This document shows positions 1 to 63,610 of a stretch of DNA of 64,000 nt, in pieces. Position 1 is the stretch's first letter. Every line of letters starts with the position of its first letter. The stretch is from Malacoraja senta. Lineage: Eukaryota. Position numbers and translations under genes: made by a program. The notes under the pieces are model-generated. The model saw only the letters and a program-made list of their open reading frames with translations, was not told the DNA's origin and did no database searches. The stretch lies in the NCBI GenBank assembly GCA_038087875.1, contig CM075991.1:6572001-6636000 (forward strand). The letters are read 5' to 3'.

Positions 1-50
1 TTCCCCTCACTCCATCCGCCTCATCCTCTCCGTTCCACTCCTATTTCAAG

Positions 51-147
51 GAACACGGCCACCAGACTCAGAATACATCTGGATGGGACCTATGGAGCCC
101 GGAGAGGAGAGGCTTGGAGGTTCTCTCAAAACAACATCAACTATTAG
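51..147 (+). CDS. Candidate last coding exon of an unidentified plus-strand gene (NTATRLRIHLDGTYGARRGEAWRFSQNNINY*)
   Basis: Positions 1-50 form a strong pyrimidine tract ending ttcaag|; AATAAA at 788-793; reading frame uncertain and product not recognised. Confidence 0.3.
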
Positions 148-704
148 CAGCAGGAAGATCACACAGGGCATGGTGGCAGCTGGAAGTTCTGATCTCGTTG
201 CAGTGTTGTCTAGCGTCAGTACACACGCCGACCTTGCATTGAGCCCAGTCAGGCAACAGTTAATTCCTGCTAACTAAATCTGTTTCTCCCGCTTGATAAC
301 ATTCGGAAGACCGAAGTGATGCTCTCCCACTTTGGCTGTGAATGGCGACATGAAGAACGCCTTGAATGAAGCTTCCTTCCCCAGGCCCACGATCAAGGGC
401 AAGCGATGGTGGCATTGTCTCTGGAGCGGCGGGACGCAGGTTCGATACCCGCACTCCACTTGAGTTCAGCTGTTGCCCCAGATACCACCTTACTCCTCTG
501 TCAATGGATGCTTGGGAGCAAATTGCCCAGATGCCCCCACCCCAACCCCAGGGCAGAAAGGATCATGAAGCAACGAAGGATGTCTTGCCTTGACTAACCC
601 AAAACATGCCTCCAATGAGCAAAGTAAAAGTGGGTAAGGTACGACTTGCTTGGACAGTCCAAACAGGTCAAATTGCTGGAGCATTCAACTGTACTGGAGC
701 TTGT

Positions 705-720
705 AGCGGCACCTAGTGGC
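705..720 (-). promoter_or_regulatory. CTCF-like motif GCCACTAGGTGCCGCT
   Basis: One mismatch from the CCACYAGGTGGCGC core consensus. Confidence 0.3.
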
Positions 721-1104
721 TAAACTGCGTAATATGACAGAGTTCGTGCTTTTGGCCGTTGACCAGCAGTAAAAATGTTGTTTTTACAATAAAACTATTT
801 TACTCTAGCTGTTTGGTCTGGCTACAAGCTAATCTGCAGAAAGTGAGAGGCCTGGAGGTATAGATACCTTGAGGAGGACATCATTGGTCGTCAATTTGCA
901 GCTTATATGACCTGGAAACTAGGCTGAAGTAAAAGGCATGGGAAGAATAATTCGGATGGTTCCCGCAGTGTTTGGGGCAAGGATGAGTCCGTCACAGTGA
1001 TCACACCTTTGTGCTTTCCTTGAGTTGTGAATGTAGTAAAGCTCCACTCTACCCAGCCCTCGATAACTAGTTTCACCGTTGTCGTCCTGTTGAGTTTCAG
1101 TGTC

Positions 1105-1332
1105 TGTATGACTCGTTATCACCTGTCCCACAGCCAACAATGGACTGTTGTGGGCTCCACCTTTCCTTGACTATCGTTGCGTTTTGCACATCTTCCATCC
1201 GTTTGCCCTATATCTCACGTTTCCCTTTCCCCTGACTCTCAGTCTGAAGAAGGGTCTCGACCCGAAACGTCACCTATTCCTTTTCTCCAGAGATGGTGCC
1301 TGACCCGCTGAGTTACCCCAGCATTTTGTGTT
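1105..1332 (+). mobile_element. Penelope-like element 3' terminus with hammerhead-like core (1244-1271)
   Basis: ctgaagaagggtctcgacccgaaacgtc followed by the family end gctgagttac(t)ccagcattttgtg; a matching reverse copy lies at 32480-32730. Confidence 0.6.
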
Positions 1333-1681
1333 GGCCTCATTACGCATTGCTGTTCTAGTTGGCTCTCACACACTAGTCTCTTGCCAATTTGTTTTACCCT
1401 TGTCCTCGACAACAGTGTTGACAACACTGCCCCCCTCTCTCTCATCCGTGCCTGTCCATGTACGAAAGAATCATCCAGAATTTGGAAACAGAAACATAAA
1501 ATGCTGGAGCTACTCAGCAGATCAGACAGCACCTACCATGACTAAAACAGAGCTGATATTTCCGGTTAATGACCTCCCATCGGAAGCATTAATTAATTTT
1601 ACAGATGTTGCCTGCCCTGCATTTTCTGTTCTTACAATAAAACCATTAATTATGTGGACATGCAAACAGCTTATTAACCTG

Positions 1682-1792
1682 AAGAAGGGTTTCGGCCCGA
1701 AACGTTGCCTATTTCCTTCGCTCCATAGATGCTGAGTGTCTCCAGCAATTTTGTCTACCTTCGATTCTCCAGCATCTGCAGTTCCTTCTTGG
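1682..1792 (+). mobile_element. Penelope-derived mini-insertion, 16-bp TSD
   Basis: acagcttattaacctg at 1666-1681 and 1793-1808. Confidence 0.7.
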
Positions 1793-3276
1793 ACAGCTTA
1801 TTAACCTGCATCCTTATCAATAAGCTCTGCAGTCTGGAGCAGAGTGAAAAGGATTTAGACAGCTGAAGAGGTAACAAACCTATAGGAAAGCAAAATCATG
1901 CAGATTGTAGAAATCCAAACCAAAGGCAGTAATTACTGGGCATGGTCGGTAAGTCAAGGAACATCAACACTGATGGTTGTCTCTGAACAACTTTATTTCT
2001 TGCCCCATAGATGCCGCTGGACCTGCGAAGCATGTTCAGTTTGATCCTGAAAACTACCCCCAATGAACTTCAGAAAATAATTCAGGTTGAGGTTGTGACC
2101 TCACACAAGATGCAGAGAAAATCCCACTTAATAGGTCATCTTGAACACTGTTCTGAAAGCTCCTGTAGCTATTTGTTTTTCACCAAGAATACAGTCTGGG
2201 GTGATAGAGGAAGCTATTTGTTCAACTATCTTATTAACACAATACATCCATGCTCCTGTTCTGTACATTGCATGCTTCTCATTTAGTTGACAACAGCATA
2301 AGCTGCAGAAACATTTCTTCAACCATACAGCTGATTATCACATATTGTCAAAGAGTCTTCCACTAACATCTGAAATCATTTGAACATTCTGTGTTGTTTT
2401 TGAGCAATGATTTTGTGTGCTTTTATACTTGTTGATGCCAGGTCCCGTCAGTAATAGAGGTGTTAGAGAGGTAGGTTTTAGACAATAGATAATAGACAAT
2501 AGGTGAAGGAGTAGGCCATTCGGCCCTTCGAGCCAGCACCGCTATTCCTGCCTTCTCCCCATATCCCCTGACTCCGCTATCTTTAAGATTGGCACGTTAG
2601 CTGCTGAGGTGTTCCAACAGGTAGAGATGAGATGAAACTAAAGATAGGGGCGGTCACGTTTACTGCAGCTACGAAGAATCATTTCCATATCGTCATTTTG
2701 TCCGGAATAAAGAACCATCAGCCAGAAAATCGGTGGTGTACCTGTATAACAAATTATACTCACAATCATAGAGCTATTCTGCACAGAAACAACCCTATTA
2801 CTGACCAATTGCCTAACCTAGCTAGTCCCGTTTGCCTACACCTAGTCCCTATCACTCCAAACTTTACCTATACATGTGCCGGTCTGAGTATCTTTTAAAA
2901 TCATAATTGGTTGTGGGAATGAGCTGCCGGAGGAGGTCGCTGAGGCGGGTACTATCACAACGTTTAAGAAACATTTAGACAAGTATATGGTTTAGGTACA
3001 TAGCTTTAGAGGGATATGGGCCATGCACAGGCTGGTGGGACTAGTGTAGATGGGACACGTTGGTCGTTGTGGGCAAGTTGGACTGAAGGAATTTTTCCAC
3101 ACCGCATGTCTTTATGACTCACTTATACCCACTTCCACCGGCAGCAGGTACCACCCTTTGTGTGGAAAATCTTTCCCCTCTCAATGTAATAGATGAAATC
3201 AAACTTTTTTTGATTTTTCTCCTGGGATTACTTTCCATCACAGCCAGGAAATCAAACCTGGATATTATGGAACCCC

Positions 3277-3377
3277 AGATAGACACAAAATGCTGGAGTA
3301 ACTCAACGGGACAGGCAGCAGCATCTCTGGAGAGAAGGAATGGGTGACGTTTCGGGTCGAGACCCTTCTTCAGACTG
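3277..3377 (-). mobile_element. Penelope-derived mini-insertion, 10-bp TSD
   Basis: atggaacccc at 3267-3276 and 3378-3387. Confidence 0.7.
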
Positions 3378-4024
3378 ATGGAACCCCGTCAGCTATCAGC
3401 ACACTTACAAGATTTTTACACTTTTTTGTAAGATACTTTGACGGTTTGGACCACTGAAACTAATATTTAGCAAAGTAACCAGATGCTCAGAAATGAAGGA
3501 ACCCTTAATTTATTTAGACATATTATAGAGTACTGTTAACCCGATTCAGAAACATCTGTCCTTGAAGCAACACTGCAGCATTGCCACAAATTGCTAACTG
3601 CTTGCTGAACAATTTAAATCCGAAAAGCAATCTTCCTTCAGCCCAGCTGCCTCTTGTGCTGGTCTTATGAGTGGGCGTTTGGGCTGCAGTGCCTCTGGTA
3701 ACCATTTTGCCATTAAGAAGAATTATAAATTGGCAGATCTGACAAATTGTCATGTATTCAGAAATAATGCTTTCACTTTGCTAGGTTTTCTACATCCGCT
3801 GCTGGATGTCGCAAACCTGGAACAAGATTATTTTGATCGCTTGGGGGCAGTTTGTTGAAAAGTTAATGCAAGAAGAATGTGCTGCCCTTGGTATTGGCAG
3901 TTTTTGTGTGTTTGTGACACCTTGTGGTGGATACCAACACTGCACCACCTAATGTGCAGTGTAGAAATAGGACAAATCCACTGGCTAACCCTCAACGTCC
4001 CTATCCCACCTTACCAGTATACCT

Positions 4025-4406
4025 NNNNNNNNNNNNNNNNNNNNNNNNNNNNNNNNNNNNNNNNNNNNNNNNNNNNNNNNNNNNNNNNNNNNNNNNNNNN
4101 NNNNNNNNNNNNNNNNNNNNNNNNNNNNNNNNNNNNNNNNNNNNNNNNNNNNNNNNNNNNNNNNNNNNNNNNNNNNNNNNNNNNNNNNNNNNNNNNNNNN
4201 NNNNNNNNNNNNNNNNNNNNNNNNNNNNNNNNNNNNNNNNNNNNNNNNNNNNNNNNNNNNNNNNNNNNNNNNNNNNNNNNNNNNNNNNNNNNNNNNNNNN
4301 NNNNNNNNNNNNNNNNNNNNNNNNNNNNNNNNNNNNNNNNNNNNNNNNNNNNNNNNNNNNNNNNNNNNNNNNNNNNNNNNNNNNNNNNNNNNNNNNNNNN
4401 NNNNNN
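4025..4406. other. Assembly gap (382 N)
   Basis: Run of N. Confidence 1.
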
Positions 4407-5204
4407 ACAGAGAAACTGAGATATGTATAGGAAGGAACTACAGATGCTAGTTTAAACCGAAGATAGGCACAAAAAGCTGGAGTAATTCAGACAGCATCTC
4501 TGGAGAAAAGGGATAGGTGACGTTTTGGGTCGAGACCCTTCTTCCGACTAAGAATAGTAAGCAGGACAAATCTTTGAAGGTGCCTGGGAATGCTAAGAGA
4601 ATGGTTTATAAAGCTTTTGGGAGTCTGGGCTTCATAAATGCAAGTCCAGTGCAAAAGCAGGAGGTTTTTAAGTAGTTCAGTAAAACAATGGTTAGGTCAC
4701 AGCTGGTGCATTTCATTCAATTCTGGTCATCTGATTCAAGGAAGAAAGTGGTTCCTGTGAGAGTGGAGAAAAGGTTCAGTAGAACAGTTGGAACGATCTT
4801 GGATTTCAGCTGCAAGATTAGGTTGAGGAAACTGGGCTTGTTCTTTGCAGCAGAAAAAAAGTAGAGATCAACGAAATGTACAAGATGATGATGGGCTTCA
4901 ATGAGGTAAAAGGAAAAGTTCCTAAAACAGATAGGTCAAGGGATAAAGGCACAATTTAAACCCATGGGCAAAAAAAACCCAAAAAGCTTTTATCAAATAA
5001 GAGTGGATATGATCTGAAACTCACTGCCTGTAGGAATCGTGGACACAGATTGGACTTTCCGCAGGTATTTGGATCTTTTTGGAAAATATGAACTTTTATG
5101 GAAAAAGATGGATAATTTTAGTAAGAAATAACACAACCTGTGAGATACTGCAGAATTATGTTGTGAAGCTTGTGAGAGTAGTGTTGTCCATTTTTCTCAT
5201 GGGA

Positions 5205-5495
5205 GGCTGCACAGTGGTGCATCGGTAGAGTTGCTGCCTTACAGTGCCGGAGACCCAGGTTCGATCCAGGCTACGGATGCTGTCTTATATGGAGTTTGTA
5301 CACTCTTCCTGTGACCACGTGGGTTTTCTCCCACACTCCAAAGACATACAGGTTTGTTGGCTGATTGGATTCTGGCAAATGTAAATTGTTCCTAGAGTGT
5401 AGGATGGTGCTGGTGTACAGGGTTATTGCTGGTTGGCGTGGACTCAGTGGGCTAAAGGGCGTGTTGCCACGCTGTATCTCTAGTCTTAAGTAAAG
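5205..5495 (+). mobile_element. tRNA-derived V-SINE (HE1-like)
   Basis: A box/B box (ggttcgatcc), conserved central core, CR1-like tail. Confidence 0.8.
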
Positions 5496-8400
5496 TTGAG
5501 TGATAAAAGGATAGGGTGTGGAAGTCCATTCAATCTATTTCCTGCTTCTGCCAGCTCAACAAAGCCAATTGATGAAAAACCTGCAGTCCACCCCCCCCCC
5601 CCCCCCGTGTCATAGTAGTGAGATTCCTGACGCATCTGACAATGACACTGCTCAAAGTATTAAAGTAATGTAATTTTATTTCATGTATTTTTGAATAAAC
5701 ATTTACTACTTTAAAGAAAGCTATCAGTCAAAGCCAAGCAGGATTGAGCATTCGATTTTCTCACAAGACGTGGAGTTCTTCCTGATATCCGAATGGCTTG
5801 CGACGTTCCTCAGAGGCATCAAGGCCATAGTGCGCATTCTATCAAATGGAGGAGGATTTCTACCATGGACAGTGATGGATCTATAAGTGACTCAATAATT
5901 AGATCCTGGAACCTTTCAGGCACCAGAAACTGCAGCAGTTTTCATGTGTGAGAGCCGGCATTGGTCATGGCTTCTTTCCCTTTCCTTTCTATGCCATCTC
6001 TCTGTGGCTTAGAGGGCAAAGCCTTTTTCTCTTTGAAGCAGATTCACTTTGCGAAGGAACAGCCACCACCGGCTGGCGAGGTCATGTTGCCTTTAAGTGT
6101 ATCATTGACACACTCAGTTATTAAAATTCTGAAGCATATGGTTATTCTGGCAAATGGTCAAATAAAACCAGATTTATTGAGTTCATTTAATCAGTTGCTC
6201 TAGTGGATCTCGTTTATATATATAATCTGGGCTACAGATCTTAAATGATAACCACTATGTGACAATAGGAGAGCAACCACAGTTCTAGCATTGCATCTTG
6301 AAATTTGCTGGGAAATTGTACTCCAAATATTGATGAGAATGTGTAAATATTGAGTAGGAACACCGTTTAAAGTATTGGGCAAAGTAATGCAAGAGGTCAG
6401 TTTCCATGCAATGTTGAGAATGTCCAGGGTTTCCTTTTTGTGCACCAATGCTATCGAGGTTTATGGAGGGAGTAAAAGTTGCAAGTACATGATGACCCAA
6501 GGGAAAAAAATCACAAGGTGGACATAACAATAGAAGAGCTATGGTTGTGTGGTATCTGTTGGATGTTTATTTTACTCCATGCTTAGAATTTGCCCAGTTG
6601 AAGCATTTCCAAACTAGGGTAGGGGTTGTTTTTATTTTTTTGAGGGGTGGGTTTAGTAAATTATTGTACAGAAGTCATGTTTATCAAGCTGTGCTTGTTA
6701 ATTGTTTTTACTGCCTGTTCTGTTTAATGTTTCGTAAGAGTTTTGAACGACCGCCTTACTTTCACTTTCAACCAAACAAATTAAGATTTAATTGAAATAA
6801 AACAATGTTGTGAACTCATTAAGGCTGATAACCACCCAGAATGGGGAGAATGTGCAATGTTTGACTTTTCCACTCAAGTACAGCAGATCCTGGCATGGGA
6901 AATAATATAGACATGTATAAGATTGCACTGTGCCAATCTTGCAACTGCTATCTTACCTATGGAACATGTAGCAACGCTGTACGTTCTTAAAGCATGGGAG
7001 CCTAGTGGATAAATTGGTGGTCTTATAATTCAGAGTACAGAACTAATGATCTGGAGAAAGTTCAAATCTCATCATGGAAGCAAGCAAGTTTAAATTTGCT
7101 TCATTGAGTAAATCCAAGATAAAGATGTAGAATACTCATATTGCATAAGAGTGGACACAAAACCAGATTGCTGTTCAAGTCCAACTGATTCACTACATGG
7201 GAAGGGAATACACCAACCATTGAGCTACACAATTCTAAACCCATCGCATTGTATTAATTGGACAAGTAAGCCGCTTAGTTCAAGAGTAATTAGGAATAAA
7301 TGCTCTCAACAAGCCAAAACAAATCATCAATAAGTCAGTAGGGAAGAACTGCAGATGCTAGTCAGTGCCTGTCCAGGATCTTTCACCATTTACAATTTTG
7401 CACATTCTCCTGCCTGTTGAGTGTCATTCTGTTGAAAGGAGGCTGAAAAAAAATAATATGGTATTCATTTAACACACTGTACATAATGCATCACTCTGCC
7501 TGCGAGTTGACCCTTGCACCTAATTCTGACTTGCTTGAACTAACTGGCTGGGAATGCAGCAGCCTCTCTTCAAACAATCTCTGAATGATTGCTCTGCAAT
7601 CGGGAAGGGTGAAAAATGACCCGTATTCCACACATGATGAATGTCTCACACTAACCCAATAGGGTGTTGTGTTAAAATGGAAGATGGGAATGATACGAAT
7701 CCGCCTAACTTTTAGCAGCTAATCTGAGAATACTGAAGCAAGTGAACAGAATTGAGACGAGTCATGTTCCTCACCTCTGAAAATAGATGGATAAACGTTT
7801 TGAAATGCAGAAACTTGCTTAAGGTTACTTTAAACCAACGTCAGGATGTTGAAAAATGCTGTAGCTATAATGGAAATGTAAATATCCCCATAACTTCCCT
7901 TGTAGGTGATGTTCCATCAAGAGATGCTTTAATATGTTGGTTTTTGAGCTGGAATAGGAAGCAAGGCAAATCTTACAAGCCAAAGAACAGCATTTTATTC
8001 TTAAAAGAAGGCTGTGTCGATATTGTTCAATGGATGTTGCTAAATGTTTAAAACATCAGGCAATCTGTGATAAAATGAACAAACGGCCCTTCAAACCCAT
8101 AGGTAGAATAAAGGTCTTTCGGGTGGGTCAGAATGTGGAGTTCGGGGATGGCTCCAGGCTTGGTTTGAGTGGAGATAAAATATCACACTTGTTATTGAGA
8201 AAAATTAGATGCCAAGATGTTTTTTGTCAATGCTGTATTCCCCTTAATGTAACTTTTGTCCAATATACTTGGTGTGCTGGTAATAACTGTGTGGGTGTCT
8301 TTCTTCTATTCGGTTGCAAAATGTACATCACGGCCAAACAAGTTAGCACTGCAGCTAAGAGTTCATGGAGGCCATTCTTATTGTAGACACAATCAGTGAC

Positions 8401-8934
8401 TTCACTTGTAAAATGGAATAATAAAATGGGCTACAAAAAATACCGGCTTAAATTAATGAGAGTATCTAGTGCATTAAAAATTAATATCCCACCCTTATGG
8501 ATTCATTATGGATTGCAGTTGAAATTGCAAGTCAAAAAATTAAAAGTGGAACCAAACATTTAAACCACCTTCTCTTGTACCTAAACATCCTGCTGATGCT
8601 GGCTGCTAGTTGCGTTAAATACTTTACCCATGATATATTCCTATTTTGATCTAACAGCTATTATGTGCCAAACCATTGGCATCTTTACATTGTGCTTCAG
8701 AGGGGAATCAAATGTGCTCAAACTGTTAATACAATCAGTATGGGTGAAAAATTAAATCCAGTTGACATAAGATGTAGACTGCAGGCCAGCAAAGGCACAG
8801 TAAAAATAAACGGTCAGTACAACCCCTAGATGACTAGACAGATCTTTGACGTTTCCTTAAACAATCTCTGGCTCAACTGGACCATGTTTGTAGTTGTAAT
8901 AAAAATGGTGCAGAGCTGCTGAAAGGTACTCTTG

Positions 8935-11900
8935 AAGAATATCTACATGTACTTTTTATTAAAAATCATACAAACTATGGTGCACACTGAAAAGATCTTA
9001 GTTGGCATAAGCAGTTTCTGCAGGAGCTGATCACAAAGAAAGTTGACTGAGACAAACCAGATTAGCAGAAGATTCTATTACTCCATTCACAGTTAAAAAC
9101 AAGCAGGGTACCTCCCTACATGGCAGCTACACAAAGCTAAAGTCAAAACGTACTCCATTCTTAAGTTAATCCTTTGTTCATGTGCAATACACAGATTTTT
9201 GGGCAGGTAAGCACAAAAGCTAATTGATAAGGTGTACCAATACTGATGGAGTCATTTTCATTAAAGTTTATAAATTCCTTCACTGATGATATGCTTTTGA
9301 CGAACCACAGCCAGATCCGTAACAACTGCTGAAGTGCATTAACTTGAGAAGTTTAAGAATATTTGTGCCTTGATGCCCTTAGGAATACAGGCCCTGGTCC
9401 CAGGATTCTGACTTCTAATTCCACCACGAAAGTATAAGAGTAAAAAGGCTGTTGTGAAACAGCATTCATGAAAAGTAATCAGGCATTATAGATTCTGCTC
9501 CAATGGATGCATTGTGCAGTGAACTCACTGACTTGCTTTCTCTAGGCAATTCCACAAGGCATTTTAAACCTGTGGCAAAAACATGGGATTTATAAGACTC
9601 TTGGAACTTATCAATATGAGTAATATTGTTATTGGTGACCGGCACTCCATCCACGTCAACTAGTGTTAAGTACTCCTATGCGAGGCATTATAACAGAATG
9701 CAGAGAAGGGCTCCCTTCACTCTTTCCCAATAGTATGAACCTCGGATTCAAATCTCATGAGTACTTATGTGTCTAGTGCATTTGTGTGACATTTCCCATA
9801 CCAAAGATCCTGCCATCTCAAGTGCACAGGAGTTCCAGTGCCAAATTAGGGGCAGTTTTAATGTTAGAGACATACCAACTCAGACCCACAAGCTGCATTT
9901 AATAGCATTTCTACAGTAAAGTAGGAATGTATAAATCTCATGAATTTACCTGTAAAAATATGCTGACAATTTACTGAAATGCAGTGTTTGAACATACAGG
10001 GAACAAACATTCAACATATTTTTGGTAATAATCATCAGTGCAGAACATGATTACCTAGCCTATTCTCTTAGACAAGAGCAAAACAAATGACAGCTATGTG
10101 TTAAATGCTCTACAATGACTAAAATATACTTCAATTTCCCAACAATGCCTTAAATAGCAGCCTTTGGTGATATTTGCTTCATGATGCAGATGCAGTAGAA
10201 ATACTTTCTCTCATTGTTCTGAAGAATACAATTGCAATTTGAAAGATTGAAGGAGTGTAGTCAAATGAAAGGTCATAATTTGGCTTTTGTCCAGGAGTTG
10301 TGGAATTTGGTGGGACTGCTGATTGAAATGTGCTTCATTTACACCATCCTGTTCTGACGTCTTACCATACAGTGGAAACGGAGGTAGCAGACAATGAAAA
10401 ATCAACTTGTCATGGCTGACAATTCACACTGACCTTTCAGGTTAGTTATATCATGATGCAACAGGGGAATTGAACCCAGAAAATAAGTTGCACGTAGACA
10501 CACACAAACCCTTGACAGTACATTGCCATACTCATTATTTTCACAGCCATGTATTCTTGAACCAACCTGTGAACCACCGACCATCTGTGCTGTGGCTGCC
10601 TGCGTTTATAACAGTACCGCAGCTTTCTTAACATTGACAGCAGAGCATAAAAAAGAGGAACTAAGTTTCTTAAATAATTAAAACAAAGTGTAAATATTAC
10701 TTCTCATGTTATTTTATGTTTAGATTTAGTATGTTTATACATAGTGACCAGAACACACACACACACAACCCCCCAGACTATGCATTGATATTCATACTTA
10801 ATCAATCTCCTTCATCACCTTGACATTGGTTGGGGACTGGAAACGGAGGAGCCTGTGGATTAACCAATTGTTTTTGCATCGTCTATTTGTCCCGAACTAC
10901 TGCTGCACATACTGTGCTAATAAGGCTTGTGATAATTTCTCAGACTATAAACAATGCCAATCTTGAAAGCTATATAAAACTTTGCGAATGTCTTTTGTTA
11001 TTCTATTAGAAATTGTGATTGTTGTGGTTATTATGAATCATTTTGGTTCAATGCTTATGTTTATTCTGCATTTTACAATTCACCATACATTCTGGGAGGA
11101 TGATGTTGCCCCTAACATCACCGCAGTCACTGTGCTCAACAATCAAAGTTCCAACACCAGACAAGCTGATTTCTTAAAAGATGGTTGAACTGCAACAGAC
11201 CCCAGTGTCTATTGTATTCCCATTATATTTGCAGCTGAAATTCAATGTCATTCAAGCTGAATGTGAAGGAGCATCTGTCTCCACTCTGTTTCTCAACTAG
11301 GAAAGTGTAACAGGGTATGGAGATGGGGGACTGCAAAACACTATCAAGTGCAAAGGTAACTTTACAACATTATGGACTGTAGGCTAGCTTAGTAAACACT
11401 TGAAATGATCCAGTTATTAAAATGCTTGCCCACAATCCATTCCCTGACCAGGGCCCCAGATTTACTCCATGCTATACTCCATACTCCAATTTACTCACAG
11501 CTAATTGCTATACAGACGAATGCTGGGTAGGGGCGGTGATGAGCTGGACAAGGCGAAAGGAAAATTATTCTTAGATCCCTTTCCATTGTCCTCCCATCAT
11601 TCATCAGATGAATCGCGACAAATCAAACACTGTGTGGGGTGCGGATCAGTTTCACAGCTCTTGTACAAATGTACAGTAGATCCAGTGGTGTCAGGTCCAC
11701 AACTGATTCAGACGTCAAAAACTTGGGTTTGCATATTTACATTAAAGTACAATACAACTACATTCTCCTTCAATTTTTCCAGTTTTGAGCGATATGTTAA
11801 AAAGCCATTACAAAACATTGATTGGAAAGGGCAGGTCCAGAAGCAATGCCTGTTTGTATCATGTCAGAATGCTCCGTACTGGAGCCTGAAATTCTCCATG

Positions 11901-13508
11901 CATTTCAATCATACCATAATTAAGCGGCTACGGTCAGAAGACAAGCCTGTTTCAGAATAAACTGACTCCATGTTTTCATAATACACATAATCATAAAAGC
12001 ACTACTTATCCAAGGAGATAGGCAAGAACATCCTTGGACAAAGTTTAATATTTAAGTGATTGTAAAAGCTTGCCATCATCTGATTTTCAACCATTTGTAT
12101 TTTTACTGACTCACATTTCCAAAGGGAGGTCATGGACCTCCATAGAACACACTCTGTTCCACAAGCTGTAAATTCATTGAAGATCGCATTAAATTAAAAA
12201 ATCACAGTATAAAGTATTAAGCCATCATAAATATCAGATCATTCAGACAATGGGGTCCCAGTTTAACCTAAACAATCATTGGTCAGTTTTTAAACATTTG
12301 TGTTTCTCTCAACATTTTGAAGAAAAATATGAATGTATGGTTGGGAAAAGTGCAAGTGAGTGAGCTGCCTAAATACCTCAAAACAGCTCCTGTCATTTTC
12401 AAGAGTGAGGCCTGTTAACTACAAAATCCCTACTTCCTGTTCTTTTAGATGGACAATTCCCTCTTTGAATGTTCCACATTAGTTGCAATTGGAATCATTG
12501 CGAATCAATAAAGCAAACCCCTCTAAAATACCTGCAAAGCTCGAGGAACACTGAGTGAGCTGTCACATGGTCATGAGGGAAACAAGTAATTTAGGATCTA
12601 GGATATCTTTTTTGGTGACACTTGTTTTAATGTTCTCAAGACAGCAGCAAAATGGACAGCAAGGGAAAGGAAAAAAAAATTAGAATTTTCAATTAAAGAG
12701 ATGCTGATTTGCAAAATAAGGAATTTGTGACATCCCATGGTTCTCTTAATCCAGACTGTGTGACATGATCATCAACATTAAATTTTCAAAATAAGCTCCT
12801 CTCCATTCTTGCTCCATTAGTCTGTGCTCAGGCCAGGGAAGAAACAAGAGGCTCAAGGAACTGTGGATGCTGGACTATTGCATAAGGCACTGGAGGATCA
12901 CAGTGGGTCAGGCAGCCATCTGAAGAAGGGTTCCGATCCAAAACGTTGCCTCTCCATTCCTTCCACAGATGCTGACTGACCTGCTGAGTTACAACAGCAC
13001 ATGGTAATGCAAGAGTTCACCTCTCATCCCAACGTGCAAAGCAAACTGAGCCCCAATCGCCTCCACAACCTTTACTTCAGTTCATAACCACGTGCTTCCT
13101 TCGTGATCTCAGTGAATAATTGGTCCAAAGGAAAAGTTGCAACACTTATGTGGAACAGTTCCGACAAATAGAGATCAGTGTTCAGTGCCCAGTAGACTAA
13201 AACATGACAAGGACCAAATGAAATCTTAATTTTAGACCCAATCTCAACACTGACTAATCAATATAGATAAAAAATGCACAAAATAAAATATAGAAAAAAG
13301 CCCTACTGCGAAAGTTTTCCCTTTAGATCTAATAATGTAGGAATGGACCTAGCCCACTGTAATCGCACTACACTAAATATAAAATAGAAAGATCTATCCC
13401 AGTGGGTGAATGTACTTCTTAAAATATATATTAAAAAAAAAGTTGAGTATGTTCAGATTATAAAATGTTTTGGCCTTCTGCCTTTCACATGGATTCCGCA
13501 GCTTCGTG
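8935..13508 (-). other. gfpt1: Probable long gfpt1 3' UTR
   Basis: Repeat-poor AT-rich sequence after the stop; minus-strand AATAAA at 8955-8960; the end point is a guess. Confidence 0.45.
8955..8960 (-). terminator. Candidate gfpt1 polyadenylation signal AATAAA
   Basis: Plus-strand tttatt; alternatives exist at about 7993 and 5675. Confidence 0.35.
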
Positions 13509-63179
<49,671 letters not shown>

Positions 63180-63548
63180 CTTTGAATAAAAGCACAAGGA
63201 AGTATTTCACAATTCTGTCTTCCCAATTACTGACAAAATAAAGTATGTGTGCAAAGCAAGTACAACAGGGTTGCTTCCTTTCACAACCAAGTACGTGTAA
63301 TGCTGAACCAAAAGCAATCCGATGATTCTAGGCAGAAGGTCATGGAAGAAATATCAAACAATTAGAACGCCATAATGACACGTTGACTTTCTTGTCATTA
63401 TGCCACCAAATTCTGCCAATTTCGAGTAATACCACAATGGGCTGAAAAACTTGCACCTGAGCAACATCTTTTTTGCATCTCATAAACATTTTGATTCTTC
63501 TAACATTGGGAACTATTGAAATGTTCAGAATGCCAGCTGGAGAGGGAC

Positions 63549-63610
63549 TGTATAACAGTTACAGTATCTAGATAACTGTAGGGACCAGTACCTGTATAAC
63601 AGTTACAGTA
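63549..63610 (+). repeat. 19-bp direct repeat ctgtataacagttacagta x2
   Basis: Copies at about 63549 and 63592. Confidence 0.6.

Noticed and set aside
3877-4430. ORFs of 168-180 aa
   Set aside because: Artefacts of reading through the N gap.
5205-5280. tRNA genes at SINE heads
   Set aside because: A/B boxes continue into SINE core and tail; no complete cloverleaf.
5590-5606. Poly-C run as a proline-rich ANTXR1 exon or G-quadruplex
   Set aside because: Simple homopolymer with no coding context; similar runs occur at about 44320 and 61805.
11505-11960. 151-aa plus-strand ORF and other short ORFs in the track
   Set aside because: No recognisable domains or splice structure; expected by chance or derived from repeats.
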